A stretch of 25,785 bases of DNA from Octopus sinensis (lineage: Eukaryota): positions 1-25,785 of the forward strand of contig NW_021836002.1 in the NCBI RefSeq assembly GCF_006345805.1, given 5' to 3'. The first letter of the stretch is position 1. The number at the start of each line of letters is the position of its first letter. Positions 1 to 11,514 of the stretch are shown here, in pieces. The notes below the pieces were generated by a model, which was given only the letters and a program-made list of their open reading frames with translations, ran no database searches and was not told where the DNA came from. Both the position numbers and the translations under genes were made by a program.

Positions 1-1155
1 TCCCCAGGTGACAAGCTGCAAGCCCATTGACTTTTCCTGGCTGATTTTCCCTCCTATCACCACTTCCTAGTCTTTTCAGTGTATCTCCGACAAAGCTCAA
101 TGTAGTTGTGGATAGGCACTATAATGGTGGGACACGCTAGTCCCACATCCCAATTCTCGTGGGATGCCCCTCAACAGCGCTAGCTTCCACAGTAGTGGTT
201 CAAGGAGTCAACATGTACAGAAGTGACAAGAGGGACATCCCTGATGGACTGATGTGCAATGTCGATTGGTCTTGATAGATGCCCATCACGCGGAATTACC
301 GATCAGATGCTTTGTATAGGGCAGCGATCCAGCCACGGAAAGTGGGACCAAAACCCAGCAGTTATGAGGATAGCTTTCAAGTATTAATGGTCTACCCTGT
401 CGAAAGCTTTAGATTGATCCAAATTGATCAGTGCCCCACACATGCCAGATTCCTTAACCACCCTCTCTATGATGTGTAGCGCATGAGGTGGAGGGTGGCA
501 TGGATGCTCTGACCCAGCACAGCACACGTTTGCGCCTTGAGAACCAGTTTTGCAATGACAAGCACCGACTCTTGGCTAGCACCTTGGCCAAGATTTTAAA
601 GTCTGCATTGAGCAGAGTGATGGGCCTAAAGTAAATTACTATGTCCCCCTTGTTTGGATCTTTCTTTAACAACATTACAAATCTTTGGCTCACAAACTGG
701 GTTATGCTCCCATTTGCTGCCAGTTGCAGAACACTGTTGCCAAGACACCTCCAAACAAGTCTGGCATACAATGTAAAGATCGAAGTGCAGATGATCCAAA
801 CCTGGCGATTGTCCCTCGCCCAATCTGCCTTGTGTCCCGCACATCCACTACTGTCATGGCACCTTCGCACACTTTGCCTCTCTTGCCAGAGTCGTGGTAG
901 GCTATGCAGGGAGGGCACTAAAGTCCACCCTGCATTCTCGCCCACCACTTGTCCTGAAAAGTCAGGTAAAGTGCTCCTCAAAGGCCTCACACATTTTACT
1001 AGATTCCAGTAATTCGCAGCCCTCTTCAACCATCTGAGACCAAATGGTGGATTTGTTGTGCTGTTGTGTCTCCACCATCTGGGCCTCTAGCACGGCTCCA
1101 GTACCTATGTTTCTTAGAGCACGCACACTAGCCAGATAACGCACCCTTCATGCTT
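1..1155 (-). mobile_element. Degenerate L1/Tx1-clade non-LTR retrotransposon ORF2 (reverse transcriptase) fragment, 5'-truncated, running off the window edge
   Basis: Minus-strand translation across frameshifts/stops gives RPITLLNADFKILAKVLAK (~584-628), LINLDQSKAFDRVDH (399-422), SVHQGCP (232-243) and KISQEKSMGLQLVTW near position 10-60, the conserved RT motifs of L1/Tx1 elements. Confidence 0.88.
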
Positions 1156-1754
1156 GACAGATAGATATATAGGATGGAGGGACAGATGGAAGGATGGACA
1201 GAGTGATAGATAGATTTGTGACCCTGGGAGATCTGGTTGCTATTGCTGACTGTAGGTCTAGAAATATATCAATCATTTATACATCAGAATTCCTTCTTTT
1301 TGCTTCACCCTATAATTTCTCTCTGTTTCTCTCTCTCTCTACCATCCCACGGAATCACACGAAGATCTTGCTGCTCTTTCTAGCATATCAGATGTCACAG
1401 TTTAATTGATCTGTGGCAGTTCATTAGTTTTTCATGACAGACTGACACAAGGCTTACAAACAGAAGTTAATTTCAGAAGTATAGCAAACCGGAGGGACCT
1501 TTGGCTGCTATTTCAGACAGCTCTACCTACCATTTATTGCCTCATACACACACAAGACACTAGCCTATAATGCAGGTCTTTGCTTCGGACAGAACAGAGT
1601 TTGATGTATGGTTTTGGGGATTTGACTGCTATTCTAGAATATGTATTCATACAACTATATACAATATATTTGTTATTGTTGTTGTAGTATGTGTGTATGT
1701 GTGTGTATAAGTCGTGATGAAGTAGATTCGTTGATGTGTCGGAGAAAATATTTT

Positions 1755-1875
1755 AACACTATTTCATCCTTCATCATGTTGTGTGTTCAATTCTTGCAGA
1801 GGGGTGAGTTTGCCTTTCATCGTTCTGGGGTTCATAATTAAGTACTAGTCTAATATTATGGTCAATGTAATCAGT
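1755..1875 (+). mobile_element. Degenerate short SINE-like repeat fragment
   Basis: gttcaattcttgcagaggggtgagtttgcctttcatcgttctggggttcataattaagtactag resembles a B-box-containing SINE-type repeat; related decayed copies at ~8925-9000 (-) and ~9955-10030 (+). Confidence 0.5.
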
Positions 1876-2216
1876 TAGCTGCTCCACTAGCATTTAGGGG
1901 GCATTTGGCTGCTATTTCTAAAGGCTGTAGCTATGAAGTACAATTCGACTTTCATGTACACACCCAATTTTAATACCACTTCAAATGTTGAAATATCTTT
2001 TTTCTACTGGACTTATTTCTATTATAGATTTGTAAGTAGTGAAATGGTGCCAGCACTCCTTCCCTTGGCTCACTCACCCTCTCAGCAACCCTGCAACACG
2101 ACAGGAACGTCACGTACGCATTATATTAGATAAAATACCATTAACTCTCTCTCTCTCTCTCTTTCAGCAGATTAAACTTAAGATGTTGACCAAAAACGAT
2201 TCTTATCAGCAGAACA

Positions 2217-2251
<35 letters not shown>

Positions 2252-2429
2252 CAAAGCAAGGGTGTCTGTACAAGTTTGCATGGTCTACAAGAAATAGCAA
2301 CCAATTTTCCCCTAATCACACTTATCATATAGCTTATTAGATAGTGTAGTTCAAAATATATATGTGCCAACGTGATGGTCATGGTTGAGATGCATTATCA
2401 TGTCTGCACGATCAATGCTGACCTGCTTC

Positions 2430-2563
2430 CAGCTGTGGCTGTTATAGTAAGAAATTTGCTTCCCATTAAATATATGAAAATATGCCACAAACCTATTTTA
2501 CACCAGTTGAACCACCAACCATGCTAGCATGGAAAACAGACGTTAAACGTCGATGATGATGAT
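2430..2563 (+). mobile_element. 3' end of family-B SINE-like retroposon with (GAT)n tail
   Basis: ccaaccatgctagcatggaaaacagacgttaaacgtcgatgatgatgat matches the 3' ends of the copies at 12438-12764 and (reverse) 10737. Confidence 0.7.
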
Positions 2564-3749
2564 AATGTTTGCTTATGCATAAACACTGTAATATATATAT
2601 ATATATATACAGGGTGGAAATGAGGTGTTTTTACTGCATTTTTGACTTTGGAGCAAAATATATTTCTTACACATGTTCACTACCTTACAAGAACGACATC
2701 AGCTGAGCAAATGGCCTTCCAAATGGCATTGAAAATATTATCACATAATCTGATCATAATTCAGAAAAATTATCGCCATTTCTCTTCAGGATATAAAGAC
2801 AAATTGACTGGGGCAAAATGAGTAAGCTGAGATAAAGTGAATTTGTGCTTATTTTTCCAGAAAAACAAACTCAAACACATTAATATCCATCGTTAGACAT
2901 GAGAAAGAATTGAAATGCAAAACAAAAGAGAAATTTAAATAATATCTCGGTCAAATGAAAGAGGATCAAAAGGAAAATTGCACACGATATGAGAAATAAT
3001 GACTCAAACGAAATAAGGAAAACCTCACCGAAAAACATTCTCTATAGCTTCTTCAGAATTTTCTGGGATGTCCTCTTCCTGATATATTTAAACACGATAA
3101 CAATTAAAGAGAAGAATTATTGAATTACTCATTTTACACCCATTTTAGACATCAGTTTTTGAAACTTCAAAATTATCAAATAAGACATTAATGTGGGAAG
3201 AGAATTGAGTTGGATTCCAACAGAGGAAAAGAATATTAATTATTAAACCACAAAAATTATCCAGTATTTCATTAACAGTCTTAATTACCAAAAGCTGAGT
3301 AGAAATGTATTGGGAAGAAAATGGTACCGTCTCTGACAATGTTTCAAACTCTCAGCTTCACCAAACAACAACAACAACAACCATGCTGACCAATCTTCAT
3401 TCCTGAAGAGGAGGCAACAGCACAAAATAACGCCGCCATACATGCAATGTAATGATTCAGGACAGGTAGGGAGAATAACGAGAAGCCAGATCCCCACTCT
3501 TCAAAAAGCATGGTTCTACATGCAATACTCCATGCAGGTGAAATGTGGGTGATGCTGGGAACCTCCTCAGAGATCTCATCTGAAACAAGCAGGTCAGGCA
3601 AAGAACTGGAGTGAAGGACACTATCGCAGAACACCGTCTGAACAAACAGAGATGAGCTGCACATGTTGCACGTTGCACCAAGAAATGGTGGCTTGGTGCA
3701 GTTGTTGAATATTTCCTCCCTGGACAGATGGATATTCGTGTATTTGTTT

Positions 3750-5400
3750 CAGTCGTTTCAACAGGTAGGGAACTGTCCATATGAAAAGCACAATGTTCGA
3801 AGGTTCAATCCAACAACTTTCAGCAATGACTTGTGCTTTGTTAATTTTTCATAGCGAATCTGGGTTTTAGAGGGAACTGATATTTCTGCTTAGGGTAGAG
3901 GGGTGGCAGTCTGTTGGGGTTAACGGAATGAAAAACTCTATCATTTGGCTGTGATTCATGATAATTTGGGCTTCTGGAGACCTGGAGGATGTTGGGTGTT
4001 GGAAATTCTGTTGGAAAGTGTGTAACCTGATTGAGGTCGGTCAGGGTGTCAACCGATCTGTAACAAGATTCTTGAGAAGGTAGCTGACTGAGTAAGTCAT
4101 AGTTAAGAGTGTTGACGCTGCATTTGTAGTGTAAGAACAGGCCTGACATGAAGCCAATCTGGTTTTATGTATTCCGTTGTAAGATTTGGGTAAATGGCAG
4201 AACATAAGTCATCAGGGCTGGATTCAGTGTGGCCAATGATGGTAGTGTCAATGTATCCATTGCCGTCGAACATAATTTGTCCATTGACGATTGTTAAAGA
4301 GCATTTGCAAAACCTGGGCTCTAGGCTGACCAGTCTGTGTAGGAGTGATCTCATGTTGTTGGTGAGTTGTTTCGATTGGACATGCGACCAAAGGAGGGAC
4401 TTTTTAAGGCAGGTATTAAGGTCATCAGTGGGTGTTCCCTTGGGTATAATAGGCAGAGTTTATGAAAAATCTCCTGCAAGAAGCAGAGTCACACCTCTAA
4501 GGATGTTGATTTTGATCTAAGATCCCTCATTGTGATATAAAGTGTATGTAGGGAACATTTAGGGGACTTCGTTGCTTCATCCCAAACAACGAGTTTGCAC
4601 TTCATCAAAACTGCTGATTTGTCCGAGTAATGTATTGTGTGGCACATTGGGTTCTTTGATGTGCCTCATTGAAAGGCAATTTGAAGGCAGAGTCTGCTGT
4701 GCGTCCACCGTGGAGAAGAGTCGAGGCTATTTCTGAGGAAGCACCAGCAATTGCACGGTCACCATTATGCCACAACTTGTAAGAAGAGATTCAAGAGGAA
4801 TGTTTTCCCAATTCCACCGGGTGCGTGTTACGATGGTTCCACCAGTGTGTGTGGAGATGTTTCCGAGGACGAAATTGTATACGTGAGCTTGATCGGAATT
4901 CTGAAGGGACCTGTTTTCAGCAATATAATGTCTGAGTTTGTCGATGTTGTAGGATGTTTCTCTGAGAATGAAGTGATTGGGACAGGTGCCTTCAATTCAG
5001 TTTGAATGTTGAGAGAATAAGCGTCCAGTCGTTGACCTCCAATTGTTATAACTAATTGAAAATGCCAGATCAGATTGGTGCCTGATGCAGCCTTCTGCTT
5101 GCAAGCTCTCACTCAGACTGTCCAACCCATGCCAGCCATACATACATATATATATAACATATACACTGCTAAACAAGCAGTTTTCGGCCACTGACATAAT
5201 GTTATAGGTATGTTGTAAGAGTGGTCAGTTTGGCTTACTACTCTGGCTTCAAATGCATCTGAAAAATCTGGTATTGAGTCTGTCCATCTAAGATGGTTAG
5301 ATGTAGTTCCTCTCTGGACAGATGGACAGAGATTAAAATACAAAATGATTAATAAAGCAAGTGTAGAAACAGTCAACCCCATAAATTTGACCTTAAAAAA
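3750..5400 (-). mobile_element. Decayed Helitron RepHel fragment (end of Rep region plus Pif1-family SF1B helicase)
   Basis: Minus-strand frames give Walker A APGGIGKT (4801-4824), AIAGASSEIASTLLHGGRTADSAFKLPF (~4670-4755), GVTLLLAGDF.TLPIIPKGTP (~4435-4497), IYPNLTTEYIKPDWL (~4145-4195) and QFPLKPRFAMK..KAQ..LKVVGLNLRTLCFSYGQF (~3770-3880). Many stops, frameshifts and an internal deletion. Confidence 0.9.
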
Positions 5401-6263
5401 TGGTCTAAACACTTTGACTTTCACAGGAGTCTATAGGTGGGGTATATATATATACATATATATATATATATAAACAAAATATATACAAAATAAATATGTA
5501 CAGTGATGATGATGATGATGATGATGGTATATAAATGAAGCTGAAAACACACGCACAATATGAAACTAATAAAATGATGAAGAGCCCCTTCCAATGTGGA
5601 AAGGGTCAGTTAAGTAACATTTACATATTCCCGAAATATAAAAAGATGACTTTTGCCTTCTACATCGTAAGAAGCTGTCAGTCTCCAATGACAAGGCTTC
5701 TAGCAAAACCACAAGGCTCTTCAGTACATGTGTGTGTGACTATCTATGTATAGTAAGTATGCACACACACACACACACACCACACGTCTGCATGTATAGT
5801 TTTGTATATATATATATAAATAGTTTCTCAGTGTATTTGCTTTGTCTGTCGCAATTAGTAATACTGTTTAATTATAGCAGTTGCTTAATCACTAGACTGG
5901 AGGCAGATACAATAACACACACACACACACACTAAATATATTATATATATATGTGTATGTATTATATTTATATATATATATGTAAATACGCATCTATCTA
6001 TGCACACAGAAATAATTGTATGTACATTTACATATGTGTATGTGCGTGTGTGTGTGTGTTTGCAAGTATTTATCCCTTTTTCCTGTAGTGGGAACCTAGC
6101 ACACCACACATCCATATATACGAGTACATATATATATATATATATATATATAGATATTATATAGACATATACACAATGTAGGACATGTCTAGCTTTATCA
6201 TTTGTCTACGTGATCAAATACATAACAGCTGTGTGCAAATTTCACACTACACACCCACACACA

Positions 6264-6740
6264 CGAGGCGTTAACGCCCACTTCTTCCTGCTATTTATAA
6301 ATAAGCCTCATCAGTAGGGATTATCACATTTTTGCCAGTTCTTTCAACTGAACTCACAGACAGACAGACTTCAGGCTGAAATTCAAACGCAATTATTGAC
6401 TCAAGTAAGTACTTTATGATAATTATCTTCATTAACAACTTCATAAACACATTTACAGTGTGAAATATTCCTTAAACTATTTCAAACATAATTATGCTGT
6501 TATGTTGAAAATTGTTTTATTTTCAGGCAGTATTTTTCATACTAGAAACTGTTCAAACATTTCACAGAGTTACATTATAAGCAAAACATTTCATTTCCAG
6601 AATATAATATAAAGGATAGTTGTTATGACAAGGTCAAAACTATTTGATGGAAATTAAGGAAATGGAAATGTTCATCTAAGGATACAGCATTTTAAGTTGT
6701 TTCCAGTAGATTTCTAATTCTCAAGTGAATTTAAAACTTG
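6264..6740 (+). other. Copy 1 of a duplicated module: TATA-like box, short exon, 196-nt GT-AG intron (6405-6600), second exon
   Basis: TATAAATA at 6296-6303; donor CAA|GTAAGT at 6404/6405; acceptor tttcatttccag| at 6600; alignable by eye along its length to 8101-8580. Confidence 0.55.
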
Positions 6741-6859
6741 TATGAGAGTGTGTTTGTGTATATATGTATATATATATATATATGTGTGGTGTGGTGTGTT
6801 GATAATATATGAGTGCAATATGAAGGGGTTTAATCTGTTCTAGTGCATGTGTGTTTGTT

Positions 6860-6891
6860 GGGTGTGTGTGTATGTATGTATATATGTATAT

Positions 6892-6938
<47 letters not shown>

Positions 6939-6959
6939 ATATATATATATATATATTAT

Positions 6960-6994
<35 letters not shown>

Positions 6995-6995
6995 T
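6860..6995. repeat. Compound microsatellite (GT)/(TA)n/(GATA)n, representative of many similar tracts in the window
   Basis: Directly visible tandem di- and tetranucleotide runs; similar tracts at ~2590, 5445, 5940, 6130, 11460, 11890, 12860, 13540, 23230, 24130, 25460. Confidence 0.95.
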
Positions 6996-7149
6996 GGAGT
7001 TAAATGCAGTGTTGTTCAAATTCTTTTACTTCCTGTACCTGTTTATGTATTTTTCTGTGTTAATGTTAACAAGGAAAAATATCATTCATTTATATATATA
7101 ATATATATATAGATATAGTATATATATATATATAATATATGTGTGTGAC

Positions 7150-7345
7150 TGTCCACCTCACCATCGTTTGAGAACCAGTGTTGCTGTGTTTACCCCCTAT
7201 AACTTAGCAGTTCAGCAAAAAAGACCAATAGAAAAACTACTAAGCTTACAAAGAGTAAGTCCTCGGATCGATTTCTTCTACTAAAGGTGGTGCTCCAGCA
7301 TGACCACATTGAAAATTACTGAAACAAGTAAAGGAATAAGAGAAT
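7150..7345 (+). mobile_element. Family-A tRNA-derived SINE, 3' half only
   Basis: taacttagcagttcagcaaaaaagaccaatagaa...aaaggtggtgctccagcatgaccac...actgaaacaagtaaa matches 3' halves at 11260-11455 and 12235-12420. Confidence 0.75.
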
Positions 7346-7703
7346 ACATATACATATGTGCACACATACATATAAGTTAGTTCCTGGTAGATTATTTCCA
7401 GAGAAACCCAACCTGAGCTCTGGGCTGTTGGATTCCAGACCAATACCAAAATTCTTCAAGCATAAGAAATGCCGGTTTCACAACAGTAACACCATAGTTA
7501 TGTTACTATCATACACAAACATGTATATATATATACATACATGTGTATATATAAACATGTGAGTGTGTGTGTATGTGTATATATATACACACATATATAT
7601 ACATACGTATATAAAAATAAGCATATCTATATATATGTGTGTATTTATGAGAAGGTTGTATGTTATTTCAGGAAAATTTCTTTATTATTTCTAAGAAGAC
7701 TAT

Positions 7704-8000
7704 GGCTATGCTGGAGCACTGCTTTTAATTGAGCAAATCGACCCCAGGATTTTTTCTTTGTAAGCCTCGTACTTTTCTATCAGTCTCTTTTACTAAACTG
7801 CTAAGCTATGGTGGACATATACACACATACACACATATATATACAATGGGCTTCTTACAGTTTCCATCTACCAAATCTACTCACAAGGCTTTGGTTGGCC
7901 CCAGGCTATAGTAGAAGTCACTTGTGCAAGGTGCCACACAGTGGGACTGAACCCAGAGCCATGTGGTTGGTAAGCAATCTACTTACTACACAGCCACTCC
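7704..8000 (-). mobile_element. Family-A tRNA-derived SINE, near full length
   Basis: Reverse complement gives the head gagtggctgtgtagtaag...ggttcagtccc (A/B-box-like), an internal (TG/TA)n spacer and the same 3' half as 12077-12420. Confidence 0.8.
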
Positions 8001-8100
8001 CACACCTATACACACATAGAAATGTATATACACACAGACATGTATGTATGTGTATATCCATCTATATATACATACATACGTAAAGATGTATACACACACA

Positions 8101-8580
8101 TGAGGAGGCAATGCCTACTACTCCCGGATATATTATAAGTATCCTCTTAACTGTTGCCATATCTTCATTGCTGTTCGAGCGAAGCAGACTCACAGGATAT
8201 TTCTGAGACAGAAAGACTTCAAGCCAGTATCAAAACCCAATAACCAACCCTGGTAAATAATATTCTTCTCCTATTTATTTAACACACAATTTACCACCAC
8301 ATTTACATTGCTAAACATTCATTAGACTTATTTCAAACATAAATATACTGTTATATAGATATTGTTTTATTTGCACAACATTTTATAGACTAGACGTTGT
8401 TTAAACATTTTGCAGTGTCACATCACAAGTAAAACCTTTCATTTCCAGATATAATATAAAGTATGGTTGTGTTATAACTATGTTCAAAACTATTTGATGG
8501 AAATGTTCATCTAAGGATACATCATTTTACGTAGTTTAAAGTGGATTTCTAAGTCTCAGTGAAATTTAAAATTTGCAAAT
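8101..8580 (+). other. Copy 2 of the duplicated exon-intron-exon module, 196-nt GT-AG intron (8253-8448)
   Basis: Donor CTG|GTAAAT at 8252/8253; acceptor cctttcatttccag| at 8448; downstream exon near-identical to copy 1 (caaaactatttgatggaaat..gttcatctaaggatac). Confidence 0.55.
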
Positions 8581-8839
8581 TAATTTCATGGCAGATAAAT
8601 TAATTGGTTTTTTTTCATAAACTTAATCTTTAAAAGCTTAGTCAAGAACGGCCCCCTGCATATAACCCTTCTTTTTCTAGGGTCTTCGACAGTGGTGAGT
8701 GGGAGAAAGACATTCTCAAAACAAGAGGCCAACGTGAATGCACACAAAGAGAAATCCTCTACTAAAAGTAGCTCAGGGGCCAGCTTTTGTGTGAAATTTG
8801 GTGATAGATTTAGTCTGCAACATAGGGTGGCCACAATGG

Positions 8840-9000
8840 GATTTGAACTCAGTTCATAAAGAACCACATACCTACTGGAAGGCATCGTGTCCAATATTTA
8901 ATCTACCACCTCAAACTAGTATTTAAATTATTGACCCCTGCATAATAAAAGTCAAAGCTGACCATGCCAGAATTGAACCCAGAACACAAAGTGTCAGTAC
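8840..9000 (-). mobile_element. Decayed SINE-like fragments
   Basis: gggatttgaactcag (reverse B-box-like) and attattgacccctgcataataaaagtcaaagctgacc, reverse-similar to the repeat at 1755-1875. Confidence 0.45.
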
Positions 9001-10580
9001 TAATACAATTTCTAATGATTCTACTAATTGAAATGTTTAAAACTGAGTTTTTATTTCAATATTAAACTTTGTATATAAATGGAATTGTTCTGGTGATTTC
9101 ATTTCTATTTTATATCTTGAAGCAAACAAGAAGAATTGTTTAAATATTAAACAATTTGGTGACAACATATTTTCTCTCTCAGCAATCTTTATCCTACATC
9201 AACATTTTAATGTGCAATGCATTAAATATGTTTTCTCACCATCTTCGATATTCTATATCAGATGGATGGCTTCTGAGAATTACTTCACATTGTCTGCAGT
9301 TATTATTCACTCTATTACAAACAAAGAGCAAAGTCCCTAAAATGCCCCTAAAAATATATTCAATCATGACAACTTATGGGAGGGTCATGGTTAGAAAGTT
9401 TTGACTATAGCATTGCTAGACAAGAATTAACTTTCAGGTAAAAATCAAAAATGGAAATCATAGTTTTAATATATTTTAAACAAATGTATTTCTTTCATTT
9501 TAGATATATTTACTGTTTATAAAAATAATTTTAATGATTCAATATTTCAACTTTATAAATTGTATTTCGGAATTATGAAAGTTAAACATCCTATTAAATT
9601 TAAAAAGATTGTATTTTTAATATATTTTTACAAATTACATTTAAAATATTGTATTTTTAATAATAATAATCTATGTTATAAATTTGTATATTTCTTTAAG
9701 TTAACCAAGAGAATGTCTAAAAATTAAAAAATTCCAAGGTAACATCAGATATACCAACGAACATGCACCTGTAAATAATGTAATTAATCATTTGTTATTA
9801 CCTGGCCAAGGTACGACCTGGTTATGTTTCTCTAATGATGCTCTCTCAAGCAATAATATATTCATAGAAATCAAACAGTTAAACAAGTGAACTTATTCAT
9901 GTAAAAAGGGTCAGTTGGCAAAGGCATTCACACATTTTACTAAAAGACTGTTTCCAGTATCTGCTCTGGTGCCCTGAGTTCAATACTAGTGAGGTCAGCT
10001 TTACTTTATATTATGATTGATAAAGAACCAGTCAAGTATGGAGTAGATTTGTCATCATTGTGTTCTTCCTCCTCTTCAACCACTTCTTTCTTTCTATGTG
10101 CAAGACATTGCCAGGGGTTACACAAGTAGAGAGAAAGGCTCCTCCAGATTTCAAATCTCTCCAAGTCATTCTATATCTTATATCATCTGGTTGACCTCTT
10201 TTGATTTTAAATACAGCCAGAGAGGTCAGATCTTCTGATGCTGTTTTTCAACTTATTTTCCATCAATGTAGACCCAGAGTTTATTTACATGCCTCTTCTT
10301 CATCCATTTCCTCCCTCTTTCATCGTTCTTCTCTTTGTTTATATTATCAAGTCTGCAACAACTGTTGTAGTTGACCCTTCCACTTTTTTCAGCCGTTTAA
10401 GGCTCTGGTCTCAAAGACACCCATCCGGTCACTGCCACTGTGCTTCTGTTGTTGTTGTTGTTGTTGTCAACACCAGCTCATTGGCCATTCCCAGCATCAG
10501 CTCTGCCACTATAAATCCGTATGGAGTCAGGATCTTTTGGTTTGTGAATCTGTGGTGTATATATATATATACACACACAC

Positions 10581-11455
10581 AGGAGTGGCTGTGTGGTAAG
10601 AAGCTTACTTCCCAACCACATAGTTCCGGGTTCAGTTCCACTGCGTGATGCTTTGAGCAAGTGTTTACTATTATAGCCTCAGGTCAACCAAAGACTTGTG
10701 AGAGGATTTGGTAGATGGAAATGAAAGAAGCCCGATATCATCATCATCATCATCATTGTTTAACGTCCGCTTTCCATGCTGTGATGGGTTGGACAATTTG
10801 AGTGAGGACTGGCGAACCAGATGGTTGCACCAGGCTCCAATCTCATCTGGCAGAGTTTCTATAGCTGGATACCCTTCCTAATGCCAACCATTCCGAGAGT
10901 GTTACTGGCTGCTTTTACGTTACACTGGCACAAGGGCAATCCAGGCGATACTGGCCACATCCACTCTCAAATGGTGCCTTTTACGTGCCACCTGTACAGG
11001 AGCCAGTCCAGTGGCACTGGCACCAACCTCGCTCGAATCATTTTTGTGTCACCAGCACAAGTGCCAATGAGGCAATGCTGGTAACGATCACGCTCAAATG
11101 GTGCTTTTCATGTGCCACCAGCATGGGAGCCAGACAGCTGCTCTGGCAATGATCACACTCGGATGGTGCTGTTAGCGCTCCACTGGCACGGGTGCCAGTC
11201 ATCGAATTTGGTTCAATTTCGATTATATATATATATATGTGTGTGTGTATATGTTTGTGTTTATGTTTGTCCCCAGCTTTGCTTGACAACCGATTTTGGT
11301 GGGTTTGCGTCCCTGTATCTTAGCGATTTGGCAAAAGAGAATGATAGAATAAGTATTGGGCAAAACAAAGAATAAGAACTGGGGTCCGTTTTATATTTGA
11401 CTACAGGCGGTGCTCCAGCATGGCTGCAGTCAATGACTGAAACAAATAAAGGAAT
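10581..11455 (+). mobile_element. Family-A SINE split by a nested family-B insertion (head 10581-10735, 3' half ~11260-11455)
   Basis: Head and 3' half are contiguous in the copy at 12077-12420 but here are separated by ~485 bp of family-B sequence. Confidence 0.8.
10737..11222 (-). mobile_element. Family-B SINE-like retroposon with (GAT)n tail and internal ~60-bp tandem units
   Basis: Starts catcatcat..gtttaacgtccgctttccatgc (reverse of the 3' tail); contains tagctggatacccttcctaatgccaacc and about five gtgcttttacgtgccacc-type units. Confidence 0.8.
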
Positions 11456-11458
11456 ACA

Positions 11459-11513
<55 letters not shown>

Positions 11514-11514
<1 letters not shown>

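Noticed and set aside
2610-3700. Purine-rich, ORF-poor stretch that might be the N-terminal part of a Penelope or other TE ORF
   Set aside because: No diagnostic motif could be recovered in any frame; left unannotated.
7380-7500. Unique-looking stretch reading NYGVTVVKPAFLMLEEFWYWSGIQQPRAQ on the minus strand with a possible GTTGGG donor
   Set aside because: No compatible acceptor (a stop follows the nearest AG) and no recognisable homology.
8194-8249. Minus-strand 56-nt exon candidate (ccag|GGTTGG...ATCCT|GTGAGT, GWLLGFDTGLKSFCLRNI)
   Set aside because: The paralogous copy lacks the acceptor, and the plus-strand model explains both copies better (conserved donor, acceptor, intron length and synonymous pattern).
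10905-11195. Regularly spaced ~60-bp repeats superficially like a CRISPR array
   Set aside because: Eukaryotic context, the units are wholly repeated with no unique spacers, there are no cas genes, and they are internal to a SINE-like element.
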